The notes: generated from the sequence alone by a model not told the origin. DNA of 64,000 nucleotides from Octopus vulgaris (GCA_951406725.2 OX597842.1:5766001-5830000); one strand, 5' to 3'; positions 1 to 14,054 are shown, numbered from the stretch's first letter. Made by a program: numbers and translations.

Positions 1-12
1 AATGAGGTAGTT

Positions 13-45
<33 letters not shown>

Positions 46-48
46 TAC

Positions 49-89
<41 letters not shown>

Positions 90-523
90 CATACGTGTTT
101 GTCCTTCCCCACTGTGTGGTTTGTTTACATCCCTATAACCTAGTAGTTAAGCGAAACCAACTGATAGAATAAGTATCATTCTTTAAAAACTAGGTATTGG
201 GGTTGATTCACTCTAATATAACCTTTCAAAGCAGTGCTCCAGCATGGCTACCATCCATTGATTGAAGCAAGTAAAAAAAGATAAAGGTTAAAAGTATTAC
301 ATAGTATATTTTTGTATACTATTTAGTACATTTTTATATATTTTATAAAGGTGTGGCTGAGTGGTAAGAGGTTAGCTTCCCAATCACATGGTTCCGGGTT
401 CAGTCCCACTGCATGGCACCTTGGGTAAGTGTCTTCTACTATAGCCTTGGGTCGAACAAAGCCTTGTGAGTGGATTTGGTAGACTGAAACTAAAAGAAGA
501 CTATCATGTATATGTAAATATAT

Positions 524-917
524 GCGCAGGAGTGGCTGTGTGGTAAGTAGCTTGCTAACCAACCGCATAGTTCCGGGTTCAGTCCCACTGCGTGGCATCT
601 TGGGCAAGTGTCTTCTGCTATAGCCCCGGGCTGACCAATGCCTTGTGAGTGGATTTGGTAGACGGAAATTGAAAGAAGTCTGTCGTATATATGTATATAT
701 ATGTATGTGTGTGTGTTTGTGTGTCTGTGTTTGTCCCCCTAGCATTACTTGACAACCGATGCTGGTGTGTTTATGTCCCCGTCACTTAGCGGTTCGGCAA
801 AACAGACCGATAGAATAAGTACTGGGCTTACAAAGAATAAGTCCCGGGGTCGAGTTGCTCGACTAAAGGTGGTGCTCCAGCATGGCCGCAGTCAAATGAC
901 TGAAACAAGTAAAAGAG
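524..917 (+). mobile_element. Dominant tRNA-derived SINE with internal (TA/TG)n linker; representative copy
   Basis: Box A TGGCTGTGTGG and box B-like GGTTCAGTCCC. Further copies at ~4460-4875(-), 5186-5625(+), 10385-10785(-), 18283-18675(+), 25660-26080(-), 26200-26515(-), 50161-50563(+), 51105-51460(-), 63190-64000(-), plus many fragments. Confidence 0.9.
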
Positions 918-1829
918 TATATATATATATATGTATATAATAGTGTATGTGTGTCTGTGTTTGTGTCCCACCACCACCACTTGATAACCATTATTGGTCC
1001 ATTTATGTCCTTGTAACTTAGAGGTTCAGCAAAAGAGACCAATAGAGTAAAAACCAGCCTTAAAAGGTGGATTTGTTCGACTAAAAATCTTCAAGGTGAT
1101 GCCCCAGCATGGCCACAGCCTTATGACTGAAACAAGTAAATACTAAAAGACTTTTATATGTAATATTTAAAAAAAATTTTGTGTAGTATATTTTTTATGT
1201 TTGCGTCACTTAGCATGGGTTGGATATTGCTGCAAATGTATGTTTTTGCATGAGACTTTCTTTTGTGGCACGATTTCACTGTATTTTGTTATGTGTTGCA
1301 CTTGTTTATCCATAGTTTGTACAGCTTTCTTCACTGAGGCTGACTAGAGTGGTATGTCTTGTCTAAGGTTGAGATTAGAGGTTGGATGACGTGGCAAGTA
1401 GAGTGGTGTGTCTTGTCTAAGGTTTAAAGATGAGGTCGACTGAGCTGAGAAATAGTGGTATGTCTCGCCTAAGGTTTATAACTGAGTTGACATGTAGAGT
1501 AGAGTAACCTGTCTAAGGTTTATAACTGAGATCTTCAGGTGGAGTGGTGTGGCAGGATACTTGCAAAGCTTGTTTACCAATTGTACAGGGATGCAAACAC
1601 ACCATCACCGGTTGTCAAGCAGTGCTGGGAGGACAAGCACAGACACACACACATATATACATATACGATGGGCTTCTTTCAGTTTCCGTCTACCAAATCC
1701 ACTCAGAAGGCTTTGGTTTGCCCCAAGGCTACAGTAGAAGACATTTACCCAAGGTTCCACACAGTGGGACTGAACCCGGAACCATGTGGTTGGGAAGCAA
1801 GCTTCTTACCACACAGCCACTCCTACGCC

Positions 1830-1866
<37 letters not shown>

Positions 1867-3000
1867 ATATATAATGGGATTCTTCCTATTTTTTTTTTAT
1901 CTGTCAAATCCACTCACAGGGCTTTGTTGAAGAGAAGACACTTGCTCAAGATGTCATATGCTGAGCGTGAACCCAAAACCATTTCGTTCTGATGAAAACT
2001 CTTTAACCACAGCCACACACCTGTTTAAATATCCTCACCTCTTCTCTTCCCACTGACTCTGTGTGTGTGTGTGTGTGTGTGTGTGCATACATGTATATAT
2101 GAATGTATGTGTTTGATGTGTGTGTGCATGTATGTGTGTATGCATGTATGTGTGTGATGTGTATGTGTGTGCATGGCTGTGTGTGTATGCATGTATATGT
2201 GCGATGTGTGTGTATATGTGTGTGCATGTATGTGTGCATGCATGTGTGTATGCATGGATGTGTGTCTGTGTGCATGCATGTATGCATGCATTTAGGAATG
2301 TATGCATGCCTATGTGTACATGTGTGTGAGTGTGTGTATGCGTATATGTGTGATGTGTGTGTGTACATGCATGTGTGTGTATGCATATATGTGATGTGTG
2401 CATGTGTATGTGTACATGCATGTGTGTGTATGCATGTATATGTGTGTTCGTGTGCATGCATGTGTATGCATGCATGTGAGTGCGTGTGTGCCTATGTGTC
2501 CATGTGTGCATGCGTGTATGTGCATCCATGTGCATCCATGTGCATGCAACAAAATCTCTGTCTTTCTTTCCGAACCCGGCAAGATGTGAGACTTCTTTGA
2601 TCTTCGATGCGTATTGATTCGTTATGGATGAATGCAGCTTGGTTGATTGAACCCGACCAATCAGTCGTGGGTCCAGTGCACTCCAACCGGTGGAGTGGGG
2701 TAGCAGTGGAGGGTGGAGAGGTGGATGAGAGAAAAGCGATGAGGTGTTGGGGAGAAGAGGGATTGGAAGAGGATGTAATAGGGGTGTTGGGGGAGAGAAC
2801 AGGAATAAGAAGAGAATAGGCTCTGACATGGCAGGATGCTTGTAATGCCTGTTTGCCAATTGTACAGACTCGGGTTCAGTCCCACTGTCCAACACCTTGG
2901 GCAAGTATCTTCTACTATAGCCCTAGGACTGCTCAAAACTTGGGGAGTGGATTTGGTAGACAGAAACTGAAAGAAGCACATTTTATATACTAGACATAAG

Positions 3001-3590
3001 TTCAGTTCTATATTTAAGAGAATCGGAATTACGTACATTATTTACATTATTTACATTTATTGGATATTTGTCCTCATCTTGTTTGTTGTTAACACAATGT
3101 TTCAGCTGATATACCCTCCAGCCTTCTTCAGGTGTCTTGGGGAAATTTCAAACCTGGGTTCTCAATACTTAGGTATTTTTCGATGTTATTATTATTATTA
3201 TTATTATTCAGTTCTATATTTAAGAGATGAGGAATTATTTACATTATTTATATTTGATGGATATTTGTCCTCATCTTGTTTGTTGTTAACACAACGTTTC
3301 GGCATATATACCCTCCAGCCTTCTTCAGGTGTCTTGGGGAAATTTCAAACCTGGGTTCTCAATACTTAGGTATTTTTCAATGTTATTATTATTATTATTA
3401 TTATTCAGTTCTATATTTAAGAGATGAGGAATTATTTACATTATTTACATTTGATGGATATTTGTCCTCATCTTGTTTGTTGTTAACACAACGTTTCGGC
3501 TGATATACCCTCCAGCCTTCATCAGGTGTCTTAGAGAAATTTCGAACCTGGGTTCACATTCCTAAGGTATTTTATGATATTGTTGTTGTT
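3001..3590 (-). mobile_element. Three tandem ~197-bp units, each with a minimal type I hammerhead-like motif (retrozyme-like array)
   Basis: Unit starts at 3001, 3207 and 3404, separated by (TTA)n. The minus strand of unit 3 reads ACAC-CUGAUGA-A-GGCUG...CAGCC-GAAA-CG-UU-GUGU. Confidence 0.8.
3486..3529 (-). ncRNA. Minimal type I hammerhead ribozyme motif (other copies at 3092-3135 and 3289-3332)
   Basis: Helix I ACAC/GUGU, core CUGAUGA, helix II GGCUG/CAGCC, GAAA, palindromic AACGUU helix III region. Confidence 0.72.
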
Positions 3591-3660
3591 CTTCTTCTTC
3601 TCTCTCTCCCTTTATATATATATATATATATATATATGTTGAAAGACTTGTTCGCCATGG

Positions 3661-3716
3661 AATTTTGTCAGTGAACAGGTCGCGGTCTCAAAGCGACGAA
3701 ACTATTTTGGCAAATT
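3661..3716 (+). ncRNA. Hammerhead-like motif with G3-C8 core variant
   Basis: AAUUU(U)GUCA-GUGAACA-G-GUCGC-9nt-GCGAC-GAAA-CUAUU-U-UGGCAAAUU; helices I and II pair fully, helix III has one mismatch. Confidence 0.6.
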
Positions 3717-4416
3717 AAATTTAAATGTCGAAGTGAATCTAACGGTTTTTGTGTGTTTCTTAAATGGCTTATAAACACCTTCCACGCTGCAATTGTTTTC
3801 TAATCCTTGCCGGCATGGAAAGTGGATGCTGAATGGTATTGATGATATAGATATAAGCATGTATAAAATGTTTGTGTGTGTGTCTGTGTGTCCCACCAAA
3901 GTTTCACAACCAGTGTTGTCTTAAAGAAGAAAATGTTGATGTTTTTGTGGATGAGTTTTTGCATAATTGTAATCAGAAGCTTCCCAACAGCAATATTCAC
4001 GTGCACACACACGCATGCATGCATGCATATACACATGCACATACTTGGTGAGGCTTGTGTGTATGCATACACACGAACACACAGATGAGAGTAGCAGGAG
4101 CTCAAACACATACATGCATTTAGGACGATGCATGTGTACACTTATACACACACACACGAATACGTAAGGTAGCACAAATGTACACGCATATGCAGGTCCT
4201 CACTCACATATACACACACGTTTGATGATGTGCACACACACACACACACACACACCCTCATCTCCAGTAGAAGCTGTGACATCACCTTACATGTTGTTAC
4301 TTGTACTTGGCAACAAACATTAAAAATATATGAATATGAAAGACAATAATTATAATAAAAGATAAAGCTAAACATATATATATATATATATATACATACA
4401 TACATATATACATACA

Positions 4417-4460
<44 letters not shown>

Positions 4461-5361
4461 ACTCTTTTACTTGTTTCAGTCATTTGACTGCGGCCATGCT
4501 GGAGCACCACCTTTAGTCGAGCAAATCGACCCCAGGACTTATTCTTTGTAAGCCCAGTACTTATTCTATCGGCCTCTTTTGCCGAACCGCTAAGTAACGG
4601 GGACGTAAACACACCAGCATCGGTTGTCAAGCAATGCTAGGGGGACAAACACAGACACACAAACATACACACGCATATATATCTATCTATATATATATAT
4701 ATATATATACACATATATACAACAGGCTTCTTTCAGTTTCCGTCTACCAAATCCACTCACAAGGTTTTGGTCGGCCCGAGGCTATAGTAGAAGACACTTG
4801 CCCAAGGTGCTACGCAGTGGGACTGAACTCAGAACCGTGTGGTCGGTAAGCAAGCTACTTACCACACAGCCACTCTTACACCTATATATTATATAAATTA
4901 TATATATATATATATACACACACATGTATATATGACATGCATGCATGCGTGTGTATAAAGAGAGAGTGATATGAGATGAAGGAAAGTAGGTTTGTATAGG
5001 GAGATGCTGAGGATGATGGAGAAATATTGAAGTGAGGGTTTGTGTGTGTGTGCATGCATATATGTGGGATGGGTGCGATGGGGTGGGGGCTTAGCGTGTT
5101 TGATTGTGTGAATACACATACGTGTGTGTGTGTGTATATATAAATATGCATTATGAGTGTATATGTTTACATGTGCATATATATAAGGCGCAGGAGTGGC
5201 TGTGTGGTAAGTAGCTTGTTTACCAACCACATGGTTCCGGGTTCAGTCCCACTGCGTGGCACCTTGGGCAAGTGTCTTCTACCATAGCCTTGGGCCAACC
5301 AAAGCCTTGTGAGTGGATTTGGTAGACGGAAACTGAAAGAAGCCTGCCGTATATATGTATA

Positions 5362-5431
<70 letters not shown>

Positions 5432-5869
5432 AGTGTGTTTGTCCCCCTAGCATTGCTTGACAACCGATGCTGGTGTGTTTATGTCCCCGTTACTTAGCGG
5501 TTCGGCAAAAGAGACCAATAGAATAAGTACTGGGCTTACAAAGAATAAGTCCTGGGGTCGAGTTGCTCAATTAAAGGTGGTGCTCTAGCATGGCCACAGT
5601 CAAATGACTGAAACAAGTAAAAGAGTATATCAGTATGTATAAATGTGTGAATATATGTGAGTGTAGATGTGTGTGTGTATATATCTTGCTCTTTACTTGT
5701 TTCAGTCATTTGACTGTGGCCATGCTGGAGCACCACCTTTAATCAGGCAAATTGACCCCAGGACTTATTCTTTGTAAGCCTAGTACTTATTCTATTGGTC
5801 TCTTTTGCTGAACCGCTAAGTTATGGGGACACAAACACACCTGCATCAGTTGTCAAGTGATTTTATTTG

Positions 5870-6325
5870 TGGTGACACGTAAAAAGCACCCACGACACTC
5901 TTGGGGAGGTTGGCGTTAGGAAGGGCATCTAGCTGTAGAAACACTGCCAGATCAGACTGGGCCTGATGCAGCCTCCTGGCTTCCCAGACCCCAGTTGAAC
6001 CATCCAACCCATGCTAACATGGAAAACGGACGTTAAACGATGATGATGATGGAAATTGTAGTTATGATTTCCATGCAGATGACACGCAAAAAGCACCATC
6101 CGATCGTGGCCATTGCCAGTCTCCACTGGCACCTGTGCCGGTGGCACGTTAAAAGCACCCACTACACTCTTGGAGTGGTTGGCGTTAGGAAGGGCATCCA
6201 GCTGTAGAAACACTGCCAGATCAGATTGGAGCCTGGTGCAGCCATCTGGCTTGGCAGCCCTCAGTCAAAATCGTCCAACCCATGCCAGCATGGAAAACGG
6301 ACACTAAATGATGGTGATGATGATG
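5870..6325 (+). mobile_element. SINE-like repeat with (GAT)n tail, two tandem copies
   Basis: GGAAGGGCATCCAGCTGTAGAAAC...GCATGGAAAACGGACGTTAAACGATGATG; also at ~9815-10200, 20460-20830, 22300-22680, 24155-24460, 27035-27550, 29390-29790 and 32695-33115. Confidence 0.8.
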
Positions 6326-6705
6326 AAGGATGATATGTCGTTAGCAATTACTGTTTTTTCCTCACCACATAATTAAATTCTTTATGCTCACTTTTATGAA
6401 ATAATTAATCACATTCACTCCAGATTAACTTCTGTTTTCTAAGTGCTATGTCATCACCAGGTAAGTATCTCCTCAGGTGCGGTGTCACTGGTGGAGGGAC
6501 ATCACCATCATCATCATCATCACCATCATGATCACTGCCCTCACCACTATCATTATTGCCATTGTTGTCGTTATGTTTACTGCCGTAAACATCATCTTCA
6601 TTATCATTATTGAACTATCAGAAATCAATAATGACAAATCAAACCATCTCAAAAGGACATGACTTATTGATGAATGGGGACACAACAAACAGGCACAGGG
6701 TAAAT

Positions 6706-6758
<53 letters not shown>

Positions 6759-6961
6759 TACACTTAAAATGTGCATATGTATGCATACATTTATATGTAT
6801 ATGTCTGTGTGTGTGCACACATATATATATATATACACACACACTAACATTATCTATATACACACACTAACATATATAAACTACATATACACACATAAGC
6901 CTATGTATATATATATACACACACACATAAAATGTGTATGCATACATTTATATGTGTGTGT

Positions 6962-7004
<43 letters not shown>

Positions 7005-7977
7005 CATTAACATTATATATATACACATTAACATTATATATATATGCACACAAACATATATATACTTATATAAACTACATATACACACATAAGCATATAT
7101 ATATATATATACATACACACACACACACATATATATATACACATACACACACATACACATATATATATATATACACATACACACATACACATACAAACAA
7201 GCACATACATGCATGCATTCATATGCACATACATTCATGTGTATGTATGTGGGTGTGTGATAATTAGTCACAAATCATGAAAATGAATTCTGAAGCACGT
7301 TGCTGCGAACTCTTTGTATACACACCACACACACACATACACACACACACACAGCTTCTTTAATATATGTATGTGTTTGTATACCACTATCATCATTGTG
7401 TGTGTGAGTGTGTGGATATATATGCATGCATGTATATGTTGGTGTTTCAACATGACCCAACACAGTCCAACACATGTTTTCCCATCCTTTTTTATTTCCT
7501 GAAGAAGAAGAGCTTCTGCTCAAAATGTCGAAGGCATTTCTAGTTACTTATTATTTTCTCACATTGAGTGTTAAACCAACGATTATCCTGGTTTTGACTT
7601 TGTTTTCTCTGTCATTATTCCTGTCATTAATTGTGAACCGAAGTCTCCTTGTCGTGACCAAAAAGTGAGCCAGTATACAATACTGGGACCTGCTAGAAAT
7701 AGCAGTCAAATCTCTTTCCTTACCATCAGACTATGACCCACCATTTTGAGAAGAGGAAGGAAACACTAATTAATAAAATTGTATCTATTGAAGGCACAAG
7801 GCCTGAAATTTGTCAGAAGGGGACTAGTCGATAACACTGACCCCAGTGTTTCACTGGTACTTAATTTATTGACTCCAAATAGATGAAAGACAACGTCGAC
7901 CTTGGTGGAAATTGAACTTTAGTTGAACTAATTGACCCCAAGACTTATTCTTTGTAAGCCTAGTACTTATACTATCA

Positions 7978-8018
<41 letters not shown>

Positions 8019-8313
8019 TACATACATACATACATACATACATGCTAGCATGGAAAGCGGACGTTAAACGATGATGATGATGATATATATACAACAGGCC
8101 CCTTTAAATTTCTGTCTACCAAATCCACTCACAAGGCTTTGGTCAACCTGAAGCTGTAGTAGAAGACACTTGCCCAAGGTGCCACGCGGTGGGACTGAAC
8201 CCGGAACCATACCAGTACCTATGTGTGTGTGTGTATGTATGTGAGTATGTATGTATGCATGTATGTATGCATGCATGTATGTATGTATGTATGTATGTAT
8301 GTATGTATGTTTG

Positions 8314-8344
<31 letters not shown>

Positions 8345-8795
8345 TGGTAAAAACGGTAAGATAACAAAAGTAAGAAAGAGACCTCAATATTATGTAAATA
8401 GAGGAAATTTATCTGTAAAATAATATGTGACAATTATTCAGTAGCCAAGATAAAACTCTGAGTTTCGGATGCCGAGGTGGAAATCCACAACACCATCTCT
8501 TCAGTTATCCGGCCATCGGAAAAATGCTATGAAAAATGACTATTACACAAACAGAAATTAGTGTGTGATTGACTGTTACTCTCCCCTTTACTTAGCGGTC
8601 ATTCTAATAGCTCTTTTGTCTTAATAACGGTCAATCACACACTAATTTCCCTTTGTATAGCGGTCATTTTTCATAGCATTTTTTCTGATGGCCGGATAAC
8701 TGAAGAGATGGCGGCGTGGGTTTCCACCTCTACATCTGAAACTCAGAGTTTTATCTTGGCTACCGAATAATTGTCAAATATTATATTTACAGATA
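8345..8795. mobile_element. Asymmetric fold-back element in TA-rich microsatellite with a hammerhead motif in each arm (Penelope-like inverted pLTR remnant)
   Basis: Arms ~8410-8579 and ~8625-8795, unpaired extension 8345-8409. Motifs at 8695-8755 (+; GAUAA-CUGAAGA-GAUG...CAUC-U-GAAACUCAGAGU-U-UUAUC) and 8449-8509 (-). Confidence 0.75.
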
Positions 8796-9515
8796 TATAT
8801 ATATGCATGTGTGTGTGTATATATATATGCATGTATGTGCGTATATATGTGTATATGTATGTATGTATGTGTGTATATATATATGCATGTATGTGTATAT
8901 ATGTATGTATGTATGTATGTATGTGTGTATATATATATGCATGTATGTGTATATATGTATGCATGTATGTGTATATATGTATGTATATGTATATATGTAT
9001 GTATATGTATATATATATATGCATGTATGTGTGTATATATATGCATGTATGTGTGTATATATATGCATGTATGTGTGTATATATATATGCATGTATGTAT
9101 GTGTGTGTATATATATATGCATGTATGTATGTATGTGTGTGTATATATATATGCATGTATGTATGTATGTGTGTGTATATATATATGCATGTATGTATGT
9201 ATGTGTATATATATATATACATATATATATATGCATGTATGTTTGTATATGTATATATATATATGCATGTATGTGTGTATATGTATATGCATGTATGTAT
9301 GTGTGTGTATATGTATATGCATGTATGTATGTGTGTGTATATATATATGCATGTATGTGTGTATATATATATGCATGCATGTATGTGTGTATATATATAT
9401 ATGCATGCATGTATGTGTGTATATATATATATGCATGTATGTTCGTATATGTATGTATATATATATGCATGCATGTGTGTATGTGTATATATATATGTGT
9501 GTGTGTGTGTGTGAC
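8795..9515. repeat. Compound (TA/TG/CA)n microsatellite; representative of dozens of tracts
   Basis: Similar tracts at 2060-2550, 6710-7260, 41080-41525, 49060-49520 and 61550-62700; trinucleotide tracts at 10111-10195, 29845-30110, 30350-30970 and 37740-37985; CT tract at 28230-28570. Confidence 0.98.
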
Positions 9516-10111
9516 ATTAGTTTGTGACAGTTGTTGTTGGTGAAACATGAGATGGCATCTTGGACCAGGACTGGTCTAATGAAATTAATCCTGGTTTAGC
9601 ACAAGATCACTTACATAGATCAGATGTTCTTTAATACTGACCGGCTTGAATAGTCCTGTATCCGTGCACGTGCATGGATGAAAGTGAATCAGGACAAACC
9701 GGGCTGAATGGGAGACGGCTATCGTCTGGACAAGATGATGCAGTGTATATGTATGTGTGTCTTTGTATGTGTATGTGTCTATACACACACACAAACACAC
9801 ACATATATATATATCATGCCAGTGGCACGTAAAAAGCACCATCCGATTGTGGCCATTGCCAGCTTCCCCTGGCCCCTGTGCCAGTGGCACGTAAAAAGCA
9901 CCATGCGATCGTGGCCGTTTGCCAGCCTCGCCTGGTACCTGTGCCGGTGGCATGTAAAAAGCACCCACTACACTCATGAAGTGGTTGGCGTTAGGAAGGG
10001 CATCCAGCCGTAGAAACATTGCCAGATCAGACTGGGCCTGGTGCAGCCTTCTGGCTTCCCAGATCCCAGTTGAACCGTCCAACCCATGCCAGCATGGAAA
10101 GCGGACGCAAC

Positions 10112-10196
<85 letters not shown>

Positions 10197-11996
10197 TGAA
10201 AGATGATGCTGAAGTGAAATATAGTAAATGCACAAACAAAAATCATACACAAAAGGTCCCTAAAATCTTATCAGTTATCAATCAGGACCTTCTCAGCACC
10301 CCTCATATGTATGTGTGGGGGGGGGGTGCAAAAAGGAGAATAGAACTCATAACATGAGTATATATTTATTTTCTTTTCTATAATTCTTTTACTTGTTTCA
10401 GTCATTTGACTGTGGCCATGCTGGAGCACCACCTTTAGTCAAACTAACTGAACCCAGGGCTTATTCATTGTAAGCCCGGTACTTATTCTACCGGTCCCTT
10501 TTGCCGAACTGCTAAATTACAAGGATGTAAACACACCAACATTGGTTGTCAAGCAATGGTGGAGGGACAAATACGGACACACATAAATATATACATATAT
10601 ATATATATATATATATCAATATACGACAAACTTCTTTCAGTTTCTGTCTACCAAATCCACTCACAAGACTTTGGTTGGTTGAGGCTACTGTAGAAGACAC
10701 TTGCGCAAGGTGCCACACAATAGGACTGAACCTGGAACCATGTGGTTAGTAAGCAAGCTTCTTACCACACTGACATGCCTGCGCCATATATTTGAGTGTG
10801 TGCTTATTTGGATGTGTGTATATACACACTCATACATATACACACTTATGTATCATATATATAATTTCATCATCATCTTGTCAGATGATAACCATCTGTC
10901 AGATGATAATCATTTGTCAGATGATAGCCATTATCATCCTGGGTGTTCTGATTTACTCTCATATATATATATATTTTATTAATATTCGGCAGAAGTAACA
11001 GAGTGACTCAAGGGCTGTGTGTTAGCATGAAATTCTTAGCACTTGAGTCACCCTGTTGCTTTACCAAATCTGTATATATAAAGCTGAAGTTGTCTGTGCA
11101 TGGCAAGTTTGGTAGCCTTCAACTAATACTATCTCCTCTGAGACTCTGCAGCGCAAGTTGACCAAAATTGAGAGTATGATAGAAGAAGGCTTGCTCTTCC
11201 TTCCATAGAAGATAAAATTCAAATTGGACCATATTGACACCAAAAATTATTTACGTTAAAAAGGTGCTTTTTTTTTATGAAAATCCCTATTTTTTTAATG
11301 ATTTTTTGACTGCTGTGTTGCCATTTTTCGGTGTATTTCAACCAGAAAAATTTTCACTTAAAGAGAATAACAAGCTACATAATGCATAATTTTTACTTCT
11401 CAAAAATTCCAATTCTAAAGGGTCGAAACAAACCCGAGCAATGCCGGGTGATACTGCTAGTTTAATATAAATGCAAGAGGCAGAAAATGGAATTCCTGTA
11501 ACTTTATTCAGAACCACTTTGGTGATAGTGGAGGCACATGGCCTGTTGGTTAGAGCAGCGGATTTGCAGTCGAGGGATTGCGGGTTCGAATCTCAGACCA
11601 AGTGATGTGTGTGTTTGTGAGTGAAACACCTAAGCTCTATATGGCTCCGGCAGAAGGTAATGGTGAACTTCTGCTGACTCTTTTGCCGCAACTTTCTTTC
11701 ACTCTTTCCTCCTGTGTCTAGGAGCTCACCTGTGATGGACTGATGTCCCATCCAGGTGGGGAACTTATACGCCAATGAAACTAGGAAACTGGCCCTTATG
11801 AACCAGGCATGGCTCAAGAAGGAACAAACAACTTTGATGGTAGGGGTTCCAAATAAAGAATTGCATGAATTTCATTTTCTGTATTTGACCGTTTTTAAAT
11901 AACTCTGTGGACACAAGGGAGTTTCCAAAGTAAATCCAGTGGCATACAGCCCCACACTTTTGTTGATATCAGGTAGTTGAGTACTGTGAACAGGCT

Positions 11997-12472
11997 TTAA
12001 CCGTTTCATTACCAACTCAGCTGAAGCCGGCTCTGAAGTATAAATGTCTTGTTTTCATAAGTTTTGAATTAAAATCTTCCACCAAACCTTAGTCACAATT
12101 TATGTTCTTGACACTAGCTGAATGATAACTAAGTTATTTTACTAAATTCTTTGTTATATTTAAAATTAATTGAAAGAAACACAGAGTATCTCAATAGAAA
12201 TATGGTAATGAAAGGGTTAAAATATATAATAGAGAAACAATTCTTAACCCTTTTGATACCAACCCAGCTGAAACTGCTTCTGGCTCTGTAGTATAAATGC
12301 CTTGTTTTCATAAGTTTTGAATTAAAATCTTCCACCAAACCTTAGTCACAATTTATGTTCTTAACACTAGTTGAATGATAACTCAGTTATTTTACTAAAT
12401 TCTTTGTTATATTTAAAATTAATTGAAAGAAACACAGAGCATCTCAACAGAAATACAGTAACAAACAGATTG
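11997..12472. mobile_element. Two TTAA-flanked piggyBac-type MITEs (~225 bp); nested cluster also at 23558-24044
   Basis: Family ends are ttaaccctt...aagggttaa (partly decayed in these two copies); body conserved between copies. Confidence 0.8.
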
Positions 12473-13581
12473 AAAATGATTTTTTTTTCAAATCTTTGTC
12501 TAAAGATTTGCAGAAGGGAGATGTTCAGTATGTTTGTACATATATGGATATGTAGGTATGGATATGTATGTATGTATGGATGGATATGTATGTATATATT
12601 TATGGATGGATGTATATGTATGTATGTATGTAGTAATAATAATTAATAATAATAATAATAATCATTGGACGGAATTTATAAACATTTAATGCCTCACTGT
12701 GCTCATTTCCTCAAATCACATGATTGAAAAACTTGCTCACTGGTCAACATCATTAGACGGTGGCTGGCATAATGGAACGGGAGCCTTATTTGCATATTCA
12801 AAATGTTTCTCATAAGGAAATTTAAAAGATACACACATACACACACACCACACACACGTGTGCTGGTATGGTTTATGGATGAGCACAAGTGTGGCTGTGT
12901 GGGAAGAAGCTTGCTTTCCAACCACATGGATTTGGGTTCAATTCCACCATATGGCATCTTAGACATGTATCCTTTACTATAGCCCTGGGCCAACCAATGT
13001 CTAGTAAGTGGATTTGGCAGACGTAAACTAAAAGAAGTCCATCATTGTATGTATGTGTGTGTGTTTGTGTCTGTCCTCTATAACCCCTTGACAAGTGGTG
13101 TTGGTTTGTTTATACCCCTATCACTTAGCAATTCAACAAAAGGTATCCAATAGGAAAAGTGCTTGACTTTAAAAAAAAAAAATGTAAATAGAGAAGAACT
13201 GAGGTTGATTTGACTAAAACCCTTCAAAGTAGTACCCCAGCATGGCTGCAGCCCAATTACTGAAACAGCCAAAAGGTAAAGGAAAAAGTGAGGTGCATAC
13301 ATATGGGATGGATGAATGCATATTATCGAAGCATCATCGAAACATATGTAGGAGATATGAAGATATAAATGATTGAATAACATCTTGAGCATTTGTTTCC
13401 ATTTTCTATTTTTCCTATTTTTCTCCTAAATATGTCTTGCTTGTCCCCAGATTCAAATTCCACGCAAGTGTGTCCATTGTTTCCTAGGACACTTAAGCAA
13501 CATCTAGCTGTCTTGGACTTATTCTTTCAGATCCTTCCTACATATTGTACACATAAAAGTATATATATATATATATATATC

Positions 13582-14043
13582 AAAGAAGTTTGAAAACGCC
13601 ACTATATAAGATAAATTCTAATTTTCTTAGAAATTTTACATGTTTCGGTTCTTCTTGAAAAAACAAACCTTATCAAAAATATTTTTAAAAGTTAAGTGTA
13701 ATAAAAAAGTTCATAATTGTTTCTTACCGGTTTCAACAGAATCCACGTGGTGGTTTTATGTGGGGAGTAGCATAATAGCTGTCTTATGTGTTCGAATAGA
13801 ACTAAGGTAATGGTCAGTGGCTCATAAAACCACCACGTGGATTCTGTTGAAACCGGTAAGAAACAATTATGAACTTTTTTATTACACTTAACTTTTTTAA
13901 ATATTTTTGATAAGGTTTGTTTTTTCAAGAAGAACCGAAACATGTAAAATTTCTAAGAAAATTAAAATTTATCTTATATAGTGGCGCTTTTAAACTTCTT
14001 TTTTATAAATATATACCCACTCGTATACGACCTACACTTATTA
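13582..14043. mobile_element. Asymmetric fold-back element in (TA)n with U3-A8 hammerhead-like motifs
   Basis: Near-perfect arms 13582-13760 and 13823-14001, extension on the right. Motif 13903-13950 (+): AUUU-UUGAUAA-GGUU...AACC-GAAACAUGU-A-AAAU; mirror copy 13633-13680. Confidence 0.72.
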
Positions 14044-14054
14044 TAAATAAATAA

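Noticed and set aside
880-917. SINE tail AGUCA-AA-UGACU-GAAACAAGUA resembles the 3' half of a hammerhead
   Set aside because: No core or helix I upstream (CAUGGCCGC); more simply a LINE-derived 3' stem-loop.
323-940. Recurrent 'SFSFRLPNPLTR / [11 protein letters not shown]' ORFs
   Set aside because: Chance reading frames of the dominant SINE, repeated in many copies.
2560-2720. Complex CpG-containing islands (also 9540-9745, 35060-35240, 36900-37160, 41525-41940 and 52350-52620)
   Set aside because: No recognisable protein motif or convincing splice-site pair; cannot be assigned without a database search.
3895-3990. Possible minus-strand hammerhead (CUGAUU-ACAAU...GUUGU-GAAAC); similar case at 44965-44998
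   Set aside because: Core incomplete and no helix I; could be chance.
6420-6466. Strong donor CCAG|GTAAGT as a candidate for the missing PTDSS2 exon
   Set aside because: The upstream frame does not encode the expected GPF.RPHP motif.
8743-9548. Long ORFs in all six frames (also at 2003-2600, 30417-31042, 37607-38228 and 49042-49623)
   Set aside because: Translations of di- and trinucleotide microsatellites that lack stop codons; no protein homology.
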